Shown: positions 1 through 13,261, counted from the first letter of the stretch. The stretch: DNA of 64,000 bases from Vicugna vicugna (GCA_013265495.1 MU057416.1:242545-306544), one strand, 5' to 3'. Numbers and translations are program-made. The notes: generated from the letters alone by a model not told the origin.

Positions 1-282
1 GACCATCTTCTCAGATATGCCTAAAATTATTAAATACGTCTTGCAGCGAATTAACTATAGGAAACCATAATCGTTGTACATTTGAGTCTATTGCTAGTAA
101 TCGCGTGTGTTTGATCCATTTGCTAATAATTGTGTGCACTTCCGAGCACCAAGGATGTTTTTATTTCTCCATCATGCAGTTTTGGAGTTGGCTTGGAGTG
201 ATTTAACGTAGCGACGAAATTAAGTGTGTGGTCTTCTTGACTTTTGATGACTTAATAAATGTTTTCTTTTTCTTCCCTTGAG

Positions 283-435
283 ATCGAGTATGCCTCAATG
301 AGACTAAACACACATACACTCTGAGAAATCTGAAACCTTTTACAGAATATAATGTAACAGTACATGCCTTTGTCAATGGATCCGTGTTTCGTCCCGGAGC
401 TGATGCGAAATGTGCATTTAAAACAGATTCCGCAC
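283..435 (+). CDS. PTPRC: PTPRC exon ~13, fibronectin type III ectodomain segment
   Basis: cccttgag|AT...GCAC|gtaagt; 153 nt, phase 1-1; RVCLNETKHTYTLRNLKPFTEYNVTVHAFVNGSVFRPGADAKCAFKTDSA contains the FN3 LxNLKPxTxY motif. The acceptor is an unusual GAG, so the start is slightly less certain. Confidence 0.88.
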
Positions 436-1157
436 GTAAGTTATAGGCGTCGGTGCTTTTTCCTGTGAATGGCAAGGAGGAGCGCGCAGCACGTCCACCT
501 CCGTGCTTCATTTGGGAAACATACTAATCTGGCACATAGGTTGACATCCAGGGTTTATGATCATTTAAAATACAACCATTTAAAACCCCGCATGCTGGGT
601 TCTCTGTATTCTTCAGAAGTAATCACTGTAAGCATGCAGTACAAAAGTTTATGGACTGGCACAATTTATAAGATTTCAGGCAATTAAGTACCTAATCATG
701 TTAGATAAAAATACATTACCTATTTTTATTTCCTTATTGTCTGGAAATATTGACTACTGTCAGTCAACTTAATAACGTCTCACTCACAAAGCATCCCCTT
801 GCTAACGTCTGCTCACCTGGCAAAACACCTCATAAATTATAGTATTTTGTTGGCACTTTCTGCTCTGTTACAGTGAACTACCTACTATTTTATTTTATGT
901 CATCTTTTACATTCATTTGGCTCTTGCCACCTGTATGATGGCTCCGTGGATTTTTGGTCCAAAAGTGGGTCTGTCTCTGAGGTCGTTGTTAATTCAATTG
1001 GATCAGGGAAGAAGAAACGCCCTTGAGTAAGGCAGCAGCTTTCAGCTCCAGGGACCCTAACTGGCACCAGCTCACAAAGAAAAATTGTCCTGTGCAGGGC
1101 TGGGCACTGAATGCTCTTAATATCATTTAGGTTCTGGTTTCAAAAGTCTAGGTCCTC

Positions 1158-1697
1158 TGTCAGTTCATCCACATTGCTGCAAATGGCATTATTTCATTCT
1201 TTTTTATGGCTACCTGTGTCTTGGCTATTGTATGTGGTGCTACTATGAGCATTGGGGTCCATGTATCTTTTCAAATTAGAGTTTTCATCTAGAGATTATC
1301 ATACTAAGTGAGATCGGTCACACAGAGAAAGACAAATATCATTAATCACTTATATGTAAAATCTATAAAAATGATACAAATGCACTTATTTACTAGACAG
1401 AAACAGACTCACAGGCATGGAAAACAAACGTATGGTTACCAAAGGAGAAAGGTGGGGAGGGGTAAATTAGGAGTTTCGGATTAACAGATACACACTACTA
1501 GATATCAAATCGATAAACAAGGACCTACTGTGTAGCACAGAGAACTATATTCAGTATCTTGTAATAAACCATAATGGAAAATAATCTGAAAAAGACTATC
1601 TGTATACATATCTATATGACTGAATCACTTTGCTGTGCACCTGAAACTAACACAACATTGTAAATCAAGTCTACTCCAATAAAAAGATAAATAAAAA
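1158..1697 (+). mobile_element. 5'-truncated, 5'-inverted LINE-1 3' end (twin-primed) with target-site duplication
   Basis: 1163-1288 is antisense L1 ORF2-end sequence; 1289-1697 is sense L1 3' UTR with an A-rich tail. Flanked by aaaagtctaggtcctc (1142-1157) and aaaagtccaggtcttc (1694-1709). Confidence 0.85.
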
Positions 1698-2172
1698 GTC
1701 CAGGTCTTCAAGCTCTATGCTTTTGTTATGTTCCTGAGTTTCTGTGCTATCACAGAAGCAAAGACAATTCATTGCTTCTGCTAAAGAATCCAGCCAGGTA
1801 GCTGTTCACCAGGGTCATGTAAGCACTTCCAGAAAGGAGGACCTGGGCGGTCTGCAGGCCTTTGGGGTTTCCCAACCTCCCTCTGTCCCCTCCCCACACT
1901 CCCCTGTTTTCTCTCTATTCTCTATTTCCACACACGCCCCTTAAGGGAACTGCAAACACTCTCATGATTTCAAGTACCACTTAGGTGCTAATATTTACTG
2001 AATGAATGCGTGATTTAATTTGGACGTTTTGTTACAGCTTTTCCACATATGCTCTGTCCTAGCTTTCCAACCCATAACCCCCATAGTTTATATTGTACCC
2101 AAAGAGAGTCAAGTAATTTAAATATGAATTTACCAAATGATGAAAGCAACACATCCTTCTTCCTTTTGGTAG

Positions 2173-2384
2173 CCCCAAGCCCGGTCAGGGGCTTAGAAGT
2201 CCTGCGGAAGACAGATAACAGTGCAACTGTGACTTGCAAGCCTCCTGCTCATTTTAATGGTCCTGATACAGAGCACTACCATCTGGAAGTCAAAACTGAA
2301 GATAAACTGGTTAAAACTTACTCAAGCAAAATGTGCAGCTTCGTGGTAGAAGATCTTCAGTACTCAACACAGTATACATTTGAG
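2173..2384 (+). CDS. PTPRC: PTPRC exon ~14, last FN3 domain
   Basis: ttggtag|CC...GAG|gtaaga; 212 nt; PSPVRGLEV...CKPPAHFNGPDTEHYHLEV...DLQYSTQYTFE. Confidence 0.95.
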
Positions 2385-2909
2385 GTAAGATTACAATGTC
2401 TATAATCAGCGCAGAACCGGTATGCATCACAGCCCCTCCCGCGCAGCCTTTAAATAGTGCCGAGACCAGTGCTCACGTAGGCTTGAGAAGCTTGAATATC
2501 TGATGGGATCATACTTCTAACGTTTGAAAAGTTTGCCTGCAAACTTTTCATCTCTAGTACTAAAAGCAGTGGTTTTTAGCAAATATTTTGTTGGGATATT
2601 TTTGACCTTCAACGTGATTTACTTATACCTGAATTATTGCTCCGGTGTCAAGTAACACAACATTTTATGCGCACTGGATGTCACTTTATCACTTCTTTCT
2701 TTCCTCTTGGCTTTTTATCTTTACTAGTATGACTTTTTTAATTACAAAAAAAATTTTTACAGGTACATTGAGATTAGAAAATAGTAGAAATAAATATTAG
2801 GAAAGACTGATGAATGTAGAGAAGCATAAAGCGCACCTGTAAGCGCGCTGTCTGCCAGCCGTATTTTGCACGTACGTCTAAGATGGAGACGCTCAGCCTT
2901 CCCTCCTGT

Positions 2910-3770
2910 TGCAGGGAAAGCCTGCGGTCGTTCTACCCCTTGTGTGTTTCTTCCCCGGAAGTCTCCTCTACTGTTTACCTGGAACACTTCATTTCCAGTC
3001 ATCAAATGTGTGAGGATTTTTTCCCCACGTCAAATGTGACACCAGCTGGGTGTCCCATCATTTAATTCAGTTCTGACACCATCTACCCAGAGGTAGCGTC
3101 AGGTCCCATGGGTTAAGGGCTCGGTCTCACAGGACTGGTCCCACCCACTTCAGGTGACGATCGCGAGAAGCAGGGCCCTACCAGTTCTGCTCAATTTGGC
3201 TACCCAGGGGGTGCTCCCTAGACCCCTTCCTTGGGTTTGTCTGCTCTGGTGAGGCCTGCGAGGGGCGGGCCCGGGAGCAGGGGCCTCTGTCCCTGGGGAC
3301 TTGAAGTGCGGCGACTTCTTGGTGTGGCTGAGCTCTCCAACCCGGAAGCACGCTGAGCCCTGTCCTTTTGGGATTTTATGGAAGCATCATCACGTAGGCC
3401 TGATCAGCCGTTAAATCCATTTTCAGCCCTCCTTTCTCAAGAGGATGAGGAGGAGGAGGGTGCTGAAACTTCCAAGACTCTACCCATGGCCTGGTCTTTC
3501 TGGTGACCAGCCCCCATCCAGGAGCCACCCAGGAGCCTGGCAGTCACCTCAGTAGAATAAGACACTCCTGTCACCCAGGAAATTACAAGTTTTTCTGGAG
3601 CTCTGTGTCGGGAATCAGGATCAAAGACCAAATATTAGGACACAAGATGCTTCTAGATCCCTTAGCACTTAGAGAACACAAGAGTTCAGGAGTCCTGCGC
3701 CAGGAACCAGAGGTGGAGACCAACATCTATTTTCCATTTTCTTACGACTTTCATGATATGAACTCACAGT
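2910..3770 (-). mobile_element. MER21-like LTR
   Basis: Segments such as ggtctttctggtgaccagcccccatcc and acaccagctgggtgtccc..aattcagttctgacac match my recollection of MER21 in reverse; boundaries approximate. Confidence 0.7.
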
Positions 3771-4556
3771 TTGAGAAGCTGAGTATTTCATAAATCACCA
3801 CGTCATGAACATTTTTCCATGTTAACTATTCTGCTACTGTGCAGTTTTTAAGGGTTGCATAAAATTCTACCTTACAGCTTTATCACATTCTACTAACTAT
3901 ATCTGTTTTGGTCTCTATTAAAAACAATCATCAGTAAGCATTCTTACTGGGCAAATAACAAAATCTTTGACTATGGCTTTTGTCATTTCTGCTTGAATAC
4001 ATTCCTGGAAATGAATGTATCAGGTCAAAAGGAATTTCCACTTAATTTAAGATTTTTCATGTAACTTTTTTTTTCCTTTCCGCGTTACCAAATTACCCGT
4101 CCTGTAGTCGTGTGTGAAATGATTGCTTCGGAGTCTCCCTGACTCTGAACACGCCCCTTTTCTTTGGTGTTTAGTGGGTAAATATGATATTGGCATCTCT
4201 CATTGTTTTCATGGGTTTTCTTTATTTACTGTTGAGGAGAAACACTTTTTTTATTATCATTGTTGTCCTTGTGATAACACGCGCCTCACCTCCTTTGTCC
4301 AGTATTCTTTGGGGATGCTTCTTGAATCTTAATAGGATTAAACTCTTTGTCTCATGTGAGTCACAAATTTTGTTTTCAGTGTATAGTTTGCCTTTTTATT
4401 TTCTTAATAGCACTTTAAACCATACACAAATGTCCCTTTTATTTTTATTCAGTCAGATTATCTCTTTCATTTCTTGTTTAATGGGAATTTCCATAGTTGA
4501 CTACTGTTTAATGTGATATTGACAACTAGTCTTCATAGTCTTATTGCTTAAAAAAG

Positions 4557-4564
4557 TGTGTGTA

Positions 4565-4597
<33 letters not shown>

Positions 4598-4680
4598 GAT
4601 TTCATATATATGTGATTTCACATATATATATATATATATATATGATTTCACATGTATATATGTATATATATATGATTTCT
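4557..4680. repeat. Compound (TG)n/(TA)n microsatellite with four TGATTTC interruptions
   Basis: Read directly; TGATTTC at 4597, 4613, 4643 and 4673. Confidence 0.9.
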
Positions 4681-5734
4681 TATTTTTAGCCAGAAAATTA
4701 GGTTGGGCTTTAATCAATTTTTTAGTGGTACCAAATTAGATGACACCATGGTTGTGATGCTGTGGTGTGTCTTGTTTATATGGTAAATTATAGTGATTGA
4801 TGTTCTAATATTGAACTATTGTCACATTCTAAGAAAAAACTCTGCTCTGTCATTGTGTATTATTTTTCAAAAGTATTTTTGATCTCAATAACTTAATTTC
4901 CTAAGTCTTTATGAAGACATTCATAAATAAGTTCTTTCAGTAAGTGTGTAGAGGTGATGTTGGCATGGGGGGGCACATGTCATCCTTGTTATATTTTTGG
5001 TATAAAAGTTCTGTTAACCTGATGAGACCCCTTGGAAACATTTTCCTGTTTTTCTGTGTTTTATAACTTCAAATAATACAGGAATGATTTATTCACTGAA
5101 AAAATGTGTTTTAGCCCTTTGCCGCAGAGGGGTTGTTTGAGACCCATTTATGTTTTCTTTCAGTGTCACAGTCCTTTTCAGGTGTTTTAGCCCTTTTGAG
5201 TGAGTGTGCCACCTCTGTTTTTCCACAGAACAGTCCGAGTGAAAGAGCCCCTCTGCTATCAGCCACCACCCTGCACCCGCTTCTCCCCCCGTGGCTTCCT
5301 CGCACCCAGGGAGCCCCCCGCTCGCTGGCTTCCTCTCCATTTCTCAAAACACCCAGGCTTCACTCTCTTTAGGCATTTTACTCAATGTTCTTCTTTCTTT
5401 CTAGACTTTTCTTCTCTGATTTGTTAATCATGATAAAGTATTCTGGAAAAATATAGATAAACATCATACTGGGATACAATCTTAGAATTCGAATTCGGAG
5501 CCAGTTGCTCAGTTACTGTCTGACTTCCCCTCTTCGAGGACTTCTCTTGTGCTCTTCACCGCAGTTCCCATAACTTGTTTATGTCTTTATTTAAGAAGCC
5601 ATTGCTGCATTTACACCTTCATGAGGGAGCAATCATTTTAGTTCCATTTATCATTGTGCTCTCTGCTTAATAAATTCATTAAGTTGTTTTGATTAATGTT
5701 GATTTGTTACTTTCCTTGAATGTAGGTTTATTTT

Positions 5735-5881
5735 TCTTTAAAAAATTATTTATTTATTTATTTTGGGGGGAGGCAATTAGGTTTATTTTTTTTTAGTGAA
5801 GGTACTGGGGATTGAATCTAGGACCTCATGCCTGTTAAGCACACGCTGTACCACTGAGCTACACACACTACCCACCCACCA
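5735..5881 (-). mobile_element. tRNA-derived SINE, camelid Vic-1-like
   Basis: ggtactggggattgaatctaggacctc..ccactgagcta (reverse B and A boxes); 12-bp TSD taggtttatttt at 5723-5734 and 5882-5893. Confidence 0.88.
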
Positions 5882-6432
5882 TAGGTTTATTTTGATGTCC
5901 TGCTAGTTTGGGGATTTAAAGTGATTTTTGATCATTTACTTCTTTCTCTTTTTTTATTAACTAAAAAAATTAAAGCTATGGATTGTCCTTTGGTAAAATT
6001 TTGACTCTGTCCCATATCTGTATTATTTATCACTAATTTCTCAATGACTGACATAAAATTTAATGAGTAGATTTTTAAAGTAGAATATTCTTATTATTGA
6101 TAATTTCTAAAGACTATAGAATTGTAATTTGGAAGAGTTTTTAATTTATTTGTTTTTTAAGAGATTTTCTATATTTCTGGTTCTTAAATTTTTTATTGCT
6201 GTTAATTATTAGTTTATAAAAGATAATTGGCTTTTACAATTTCTGCCTTTTGGAATTTATAATATTTTCTACAGCTTATGATACATACATCATGATAAAT
6301 GCTTTGAATATTCTGTGCGTACTGGGGAAATTATATATTCTCCATAGTGCTAAAGCTTAGATGTGTATTTTCCAGATTTATTATATTTATCATTAATCTC
6401 TTTTAATGATATTATTCATATCTATTTTTGCT

Positions 6433-6452
6433 TATATATATATATATATATA
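6433..6452. repeat. (TA)10 microsatellite
   Basis: Read directly. Confidence 0.9.
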
Positions 6453-7060
6453 TTTTCTTTTTGCTGAAGATTCTTAATGCTTTCTGGATCCATGCAGTTT
6501 CCTTGGTATATCTAAATTGTTTTGCTTTATTTGAATTCAATATTTTGAGATGGAAGTATTTATGCTACTTATGTCTATCCTGTAAATTTTACCCTGTATC
6601 ACTTTAGAGCATCAGTCTTTATCATTTTAACCCCTGTGAACTAAATATCACTTTAATATAAATATTGCAATTTTTACATTATTTTGTTTCCACTCAGCCT
6701 TAAAAATTTTTTTGTACATTTTATGTGTAACTCTTGTAAAAAAATTACGGCAAAATTTCCTTTTTTAAAAAATGTGGTGATGTTAGCCTATTCATAGGTA
6801 ATTATTGGTAAATTATTTTTAATAGATATTATTGGTAAATGGGCTATGATGTCTTTATATCTTTTCCATTGTTAAATACCTTCTTTAAAAGAATCTTGCT
6901 AGTAAAATATTGACATAATCTTGAAGCTTCAACTTTAAATGAAAGCTGACCAGTGTATTTTTTATGAAATTAAACAGCAATGTATGCAAAATATATGCAT
7001 TATATTGACTTATAAATTCATGTTAAGAAAACAATTTTCTCTTTTATTACTGAAATTCAG

Positions 7061-7121
7061 GTCTATTATGACAACGGGGAACATCGTGGTAATTCAGAAA
7101 GTGTTTCGCATACGACATCTT
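7061..7121 (+). CDS. PTPRC: PTPRC exon ~15, end of FN3 / stalk
   Basis: ttcag|GTC...TCTT|gtaagt; 61 nt; VYYDNGEHRGNSESVSHTTS; phases fit both neighbours. Confidence 0.92.
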
Positions 7122-8103
7122 GTAAGTCATTGCTTGGCTATTATATTTATATTAAATACATATTAGCATTTTCAAAGCTTTATTATTTTACATTCATATG
7201 CATGTTTAATTATTAAATGTTTAAACTATGCATTTTCCATAGAAACTATATTTTCAGTTGTCTGAACAAACACATGTGCAGGAGAACATATTAAAATATA
7301 ATTCCTTAAATTCAAATTAGAAGATTCAATTATTAAAAGATTGCTGATTTCATAAAATAATTCATAAAGGATTTGTCTGTGTAGACTAATGATGCGTACG
7401 GCACCTCTTCACGTCAGTAACAAGCACGTTTGTCCTGTGCACCGTTTTAGAGACGGTTCCCTGTCCTTCCACGTATGCGCGGCAGAAGCAGGCGTTGCCT
7501 GCAAACCTGTGACTCACCCAACTGCAGCCAGGTTAAGCGTTCCCTAATGACAATGTGGCTATTTACTTTTTTGTCATTAATATTTAAACATACTTTAATC
7601 GAAATAAAGGTGCATAGAGAAAAAAACTGACTTACATTAAAATGTCACTATAATAGTGACAATAACAGCTGTGTGTTACCACTCCCCCTCCAGGATGACC
7701 ACTTTTCACCGTTTCTTCTTACAGTTTCCTCCTTCTGAATAAATAATATTACCTGCTGCTCTATCCAGAATTATTAATGTTTGATCTGGGCCGTGGAGGA
7801 AGGAGACTTAGCCCGCTGCTTGTTAGCTTTATAGAAAAATTAAGTGTAAAGCTCCAAGTGCAATACTGCCTGTTTCTAACGTTCTTGCCACTTCTCTGTC
7901 TTTGCCTCTGACCCACATGTGCACAATCACTGATGCTTTATTTCCCCAAGTCTTTCGAAAGAGGAGAGATATAAAAATAGCTTATTTTCCAAGTCCTATA
8001 TGAAGTTTTAGTTCTATCTGCTCAGATTTATAAAATAAAAGCTCCTGGTGTGAAATGCCAGCCAAATTCAGTCAGCTCTCTTTGATTTTTATTTCTATGT
8101 ACT

Positions 8104-8205
8104 TTCTTTTTCCCCCGCCACCCCCAACGCAGGTACTGGGGATTAAATCCTGGACCTTGTGCACGCCAAGCATGCGCTCTACCACTGAGCTGTACCCTCT
8201 ACCTC
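8104..8205 (-). mobile_element. tRNA-derived SINE, Vic-1-like (short tail)
   Basis: aggtactggggattaaatcctggacc..gctctaccactgagctgtaccc; TSD ctatgtact at 8095-8103 and 8206-8214. Confidence 0.85.
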
Positions 8206-8499
8206 CTATGTACTGTGTGTTATAAGCCCTTACAATAAACACAGCTACATTGGGTTTTTCTGATTATGTGAATAATTTATAGCAGCAGCGTCTATGCTGG
8301 GGTCATACACTCAGCTGAAGTTTTCACACTAACATCTTAATAGACCAGGCCTGGCATCACTTCACTCAGAGAGACGCAGAGTGGAAAACAGCCCAGGAGG
8401 TGGTCTGGCTGTGGGAATCCTGGTAGCAAGGCGCGTGGCAGTCCAGGGACTTCTTACTCTCTTACCTTCTCCCAGGAGATGCAAGAGTGAGACCACATG

Positions 8500-8870
8500 T
8501 GTGGGTGCGGGAGCTTCCCCAGCTTGAAAGCCCCTCATGCACTTTCCACATGGCCTCCTCCCTCTTCATGCCCCAGCAGCTGCCCCTTGGACGTGCATTG
8601 TTGCTCCTGGCTTCAGGCTCTTGCCTGGAATATGCAGCCCCCAGACGCCTGCCTCACTAACTCCCTCACCTCTCAGTCTATCACCTTCTAACCTACTGTA
8701 CTATCTGCTTATTCATTGTGTACATTGTTAACTGTCTTTCCTCCCAGAAGGAAAGCCCTGTGAGGACCAGAATCTTTGTCTTTACTTCGTTCTCTGAGTA
8801 TCTTAAACACCAAAATCAGTATTTGACACCCACTAAGACTCAAAACATTTTGTGTGCACACTGAATAATT
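8500..8870 (+). mobile_element. LINE-2 3' end (decayed)
   Basis: ctgtctttcctcccagaaggaaagccctgtgaggaccagaatctttgtc... resembles the L2 3' terminus. Confidence 0.6.
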
Positions 8871-9670
8871 AGTACTGACCACGTCCCAGGAACAATGCTG
8901 AATGTTTACCACGAATCAAATTTGTTTAGCGTCATTTTAGGAATTAGGGATGGACACACAAAGATAATAAGGATTCTGGCCGAGGTCCCAACTAGGAAGT
9001 GATGGAGATAGATTTCAAACCCAAGCTGTCTGGCTCCAGAATGGAGGCCTTAATGTGTTTGTGTTATTTGACTGCACTCTCACTGTAGATGAACAGAATG
9101 ACACACTAATTCAGGGCAAGGGAGATCTCCAGTACACTCTCTTCTCTCTGCCCTTCCTCTCAGAGAGGGCGTGACTTCACATTACACCTTAGTGAAAATT
9201 CACACCGGGCTGAGTCTAATCTCAACTACAGGATGAAAAAATTTTTGTCCTTTGGTTAATTGATTTTATCCCTCAACGAGCAGATTTGTCTCCATGGGGC
9301 AGAGAACTTTCTGATCCCTTTAAGAGGCTGCCTACTTCTGCATCTAAAATTAAACTGTGGGAGTTTCTCTCTGAGAATTACAGCTAGATTTCCTTTTGAA
9401 TTCCTTCCAAATGGAGTGACTGAAAGAAAGAGAATTAAATCTAAATGATGGTACCTCATAAAAGGACACTATTCAGCAGAAGGGAAGAGATTTGCTTTTC
9501 TCTACTCTAATTACATTCTTAAAATATAAAATGTTTTTATTGGTTCTGAACAATACAGACAAAGTTTACAAAATCAGGAATGTATTGTGTTTGGTTTCAT
9601 TCTAAAAATTGCATTTTTTGAAAGCCTCAAAAGAAATGAAAATGTTAAAATGTAAGTGCTTTAAAGGTGA

Positions 9671-9844
<174 letters not shown>

Positions 9845-10432
9845 TAAGAGCTGAATTCAAAATAAAAAAAAATAATCATCATAGTAATAATGATGAAAGC
9901 CCCATTTATGAGGCAGGTTTGGAACCAATTAAGTGAAAAATGTGAATTCAGAGATGACAGCATGAAGTCTAGATCATTACTGACCTTTTGATCAAAGACT
10001 TTGGTATGGTCTTATTGGTTTATATGAAATATTAATATTTTCTATGTTCACTAATAATGGTATGGATTTCCTTTAATAATAACTGATGAAGAGAAATTGA
10101 GTCAGAATTAAAAAAAAAAGGATCTAGAAATGACAAAGGCAAAAGACAGGAGAGAGAAATAGGGATGTATATGCATTCATTTGGCCAGGAACAACTACAT
10201 TTTATGAAAACCAAGAGGTTTCAAATAAAACAACATAGCCACCTATCCAAGTATGGCTGACCACCCTGGTTTCTTCCTCCCTCACTTTTTCTCCCCCCTC
10301 CCCCTCCTGCTCTCCCCTCTTTCCTTCTTACCCTCCCTCCTTCCTTGAAGATATTCATTTAATATAAATTGATTGCCAACAGAATTCTATGCTTCTTGTG
10401 AATAAGGAAACTTCTATTTCTTATTTTCACAG

Positions 10433-10467
10433 CAATTTAGATGAACAGCAGGAACTTGTTGAAAGGG
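10433..10467 (+). CDS. PTPRC: PTPRC exon ~17, juxtamembrane
   Basis: tcacag|C...G|gtaagt; 35 nt; NLDEQQELVER. Confidence 0.96.
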
Positions 10468-11099
10468 GTAAGTATGCATTATTTTTTGCTGGTGAATCTC
10501 CCCTCTCATTTGAATCCACTCATTTTAAATAATTCAACTTTAAAAAAAACCTAATCTGGACTTTCTCTGTGGATATGGTATCAAAAGTTAAATTCATTTA
10601 TGTATTTATGCAGCCAGCAAGGATCTAAGACTTGCCCGGGAAACGCCAAATGTGGTGCCTGTCCTCAAAGTACGGCAGTGACAGGTCACAGCCTCTGCTC
10701 TTAAAGGTTTAGAGTCAAACAGAAGAGACAGAATTTGATAGATGCCACGTGGATAATATGACATTTGGCAGATGCCGCAGTTGTCCAATGTATACAGTTC
10801 CAGAGAAAGACAGACGGTAGAAAACTGCGTGCGGGCAGGCAGGGATCTGGGCCTTCTGAGACGCGGGCAAACAGCAGCCGCGCGCGGGCGTGGTGCAGAC
10901 CGCGCCGTGTGCTCGCGTGTTCCCACTCAGGGCGCCTTTACGGACCGAAAAACTGCAATTTGACTTGGGAAATGAAAACACATTCCATTTTTTCCTATTT
11001 TTTTCCCCAAACTTTTACTGTTCTTCATTCATTTCTTTTTTAAAATGTGATTTTCAGTCCAGTAAAATGGGTTGGAGTTAAAGAAAGTGAAGCTATGCA

Positions 11100-11442
11100 T
11101 ACAGTAAAGAGGATGAGTTGCTTTCTCACACGCAGGACGGGCAGCTTTCGGAACTCCGGCTCCTGGGTTTGGCGTGCCTGCCGAGGGTTTCCCTCCCAGG
11201 CTGTTAGGAGACGCTCGGGGGTGGGCTCCTCGAAGTGCCCCGAGGGGCTTCGTTTTCCATTGCAGGACCGGCTGCCTCCTGGCACTGTGTGGTGTATTTC
11301 GTTTGTGCATTAACCCTCCCCCCTAACGGGGCTGTGAAGCTCTGTGAAGGCGGGGAGGGTTTCCTTTCCCAGTCATGGCTTTATCCCCAGCGCGCAGGGG
11401 AGCACATGGGATTTCATGCACATCCGTGAATAAATAAATGAA
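11100..11442 (+). mobile_element. LINE-2 3' end, GC-enriched
   Basis: ctgtgaagctctgtgaaggcgggga..tatccccagcgc..tgaataaataaatgaa follows the L2 terminal pattern. Confidence 0.5.
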
Positions 11443-13099
11443 GGGGATAAAGCAGCCTGAGGGTTAGTCTCCACAGGCCGAGGGAAGGATGAAGAGCATG
11501 ATTGAGAAGCATCTGAGACTGGGAGGGGGTGGACCACTGTCAGGGCTCAAGGCTGACCCGAGAGCGTCAAAGGAGCCTGGACCTCCAGGTTGACAGTGAT
11601 CGCCCCTTGGAATGGTTAGAACTTACTGAAACCCCGTAAAACCCCACCTGTGGCCCAAAGTTCAGAATGAATGCAGGTCGGAGACCCCCAGCCGCCCAAA
11701 GAAGAAACATGCCCGGCCAATTTGATAGTTGGGGTTGGATAGAACATTTCCGTGGACAGTAAGACAAACCTGCAAACTGCATGGACGTCTTATTTCTTTA
11801 TCAAACCAAAGAGGGGAATTTGACGTGAATCCTGAAAGAAACACTGCTAGACGCACCCGACCCGGGATAGTGGGAGAAACAATTGTTACGCGTGTAGCGG
11901 CTTATATTCTCTTTTTCTTCTGAAACTGTTTGTCAGGGCCCAAGTACAGTGACAGCTTTTGACGTTAGCATTGTTTTCATTCTGTAGTGACTTACTTCAC
12001 AAGCGTAGCGCATACTGAGCTTCACACTCTAGGGGCATAACAATGAACATGGTCTGTGCACAATCTAGAATGAAGAGATGACCACGCTAAGAGGAGTCCT
12101 GGGTGTCAGAATATTAATCATCTTCTCTTATTTATTTGTTCACGATATTTCACAATAAGTTAAAATCAGATAGAATAAAAAGAAAAAATAGTCATAACCA
12201 TATAGATAAATAAGGATGGTAATTGCCGTAAACGCATGCAATCAAACAAAAAATGTAGACATCCTTCCAGTGGTGATATTTGGTCTGGAATCTGCTCCTA
12301 GAGAGAAAGCGAGAAGGGACATTCTGGGTGGGGAGAACGGCATGTGCAGAGACACGGGGACCTGACACCGCGATGCCCCTGGAAACTATTCCTGCCTAAG
12401 ATGTAAAGCACGAGTGTGGGAAACGGTGTGGCTGAGATGTGCCAGGGAGGCCAGGAAAGGGCTCACGCAGGAAACATTTACACTTTAGCCTTCAGGCAAC
12501 AGAGAACAAACAATAGTGTTAGTTTTTTTTTTCCCCCCAACAAGTAGAGTTGCATGCTCATATTTGCATTTCAGAAGATGAATTTGTGGCAGTTGAAAAG
12601 GGAAATCAGCGCGGGGAAGGCCTGAAGGGAGGGAGAGGCGTCAGGAAGATGTTGTCACAAGGATGAGGGGGGTCCTGAGTGTGACCACAGGCAGCAGGGG
12701 CGGAAGGTGCTGGGTGACCTGTTGGATGCAGAACAGAGGGAGAAGTCATGGACCACGTGGAAGTTTTGTCTTAAGTTACTTGGTTAATGGTGGTCCTGTT
12801 AGCTGAGACTTAAAATGCTAGAAAAAAGGGGAAATAAACGACTGAGCATCTTGGCTTTGAGGCACCCATGGAATAACTGTGCGAAAAATCTGAGTGTAAG
12901 TTGGAAAGATTAATATAAAGCCCAGAAGAGGGCTGGAGCCTGAGATTTAGGAGTCCTGGGTTTATGCGTGCATCTTTATTTGTGAGATCTTCCTGGTGGA
13001 ATGTGTGTGAGAAGGAGAGATGCTAAAGACTGACTCCACGGTGTCAATTTAGTGAAATTTGTGTGGGCGCTGGAAAGAGAGACGTAACGATAGTCATGA

Positions 13100-13261
<162 letters not shown>

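Larger units (their letters stand above)
3790..6850 (-). mobile_element. Highly decayed ancient L1 (L1M-type) fragments, interrupted by younger repeats
   Basis: T-rich sequence with scattered antisense L1-like words; too decayed to assign subfamily or exact ends. Confidence 0.4.
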
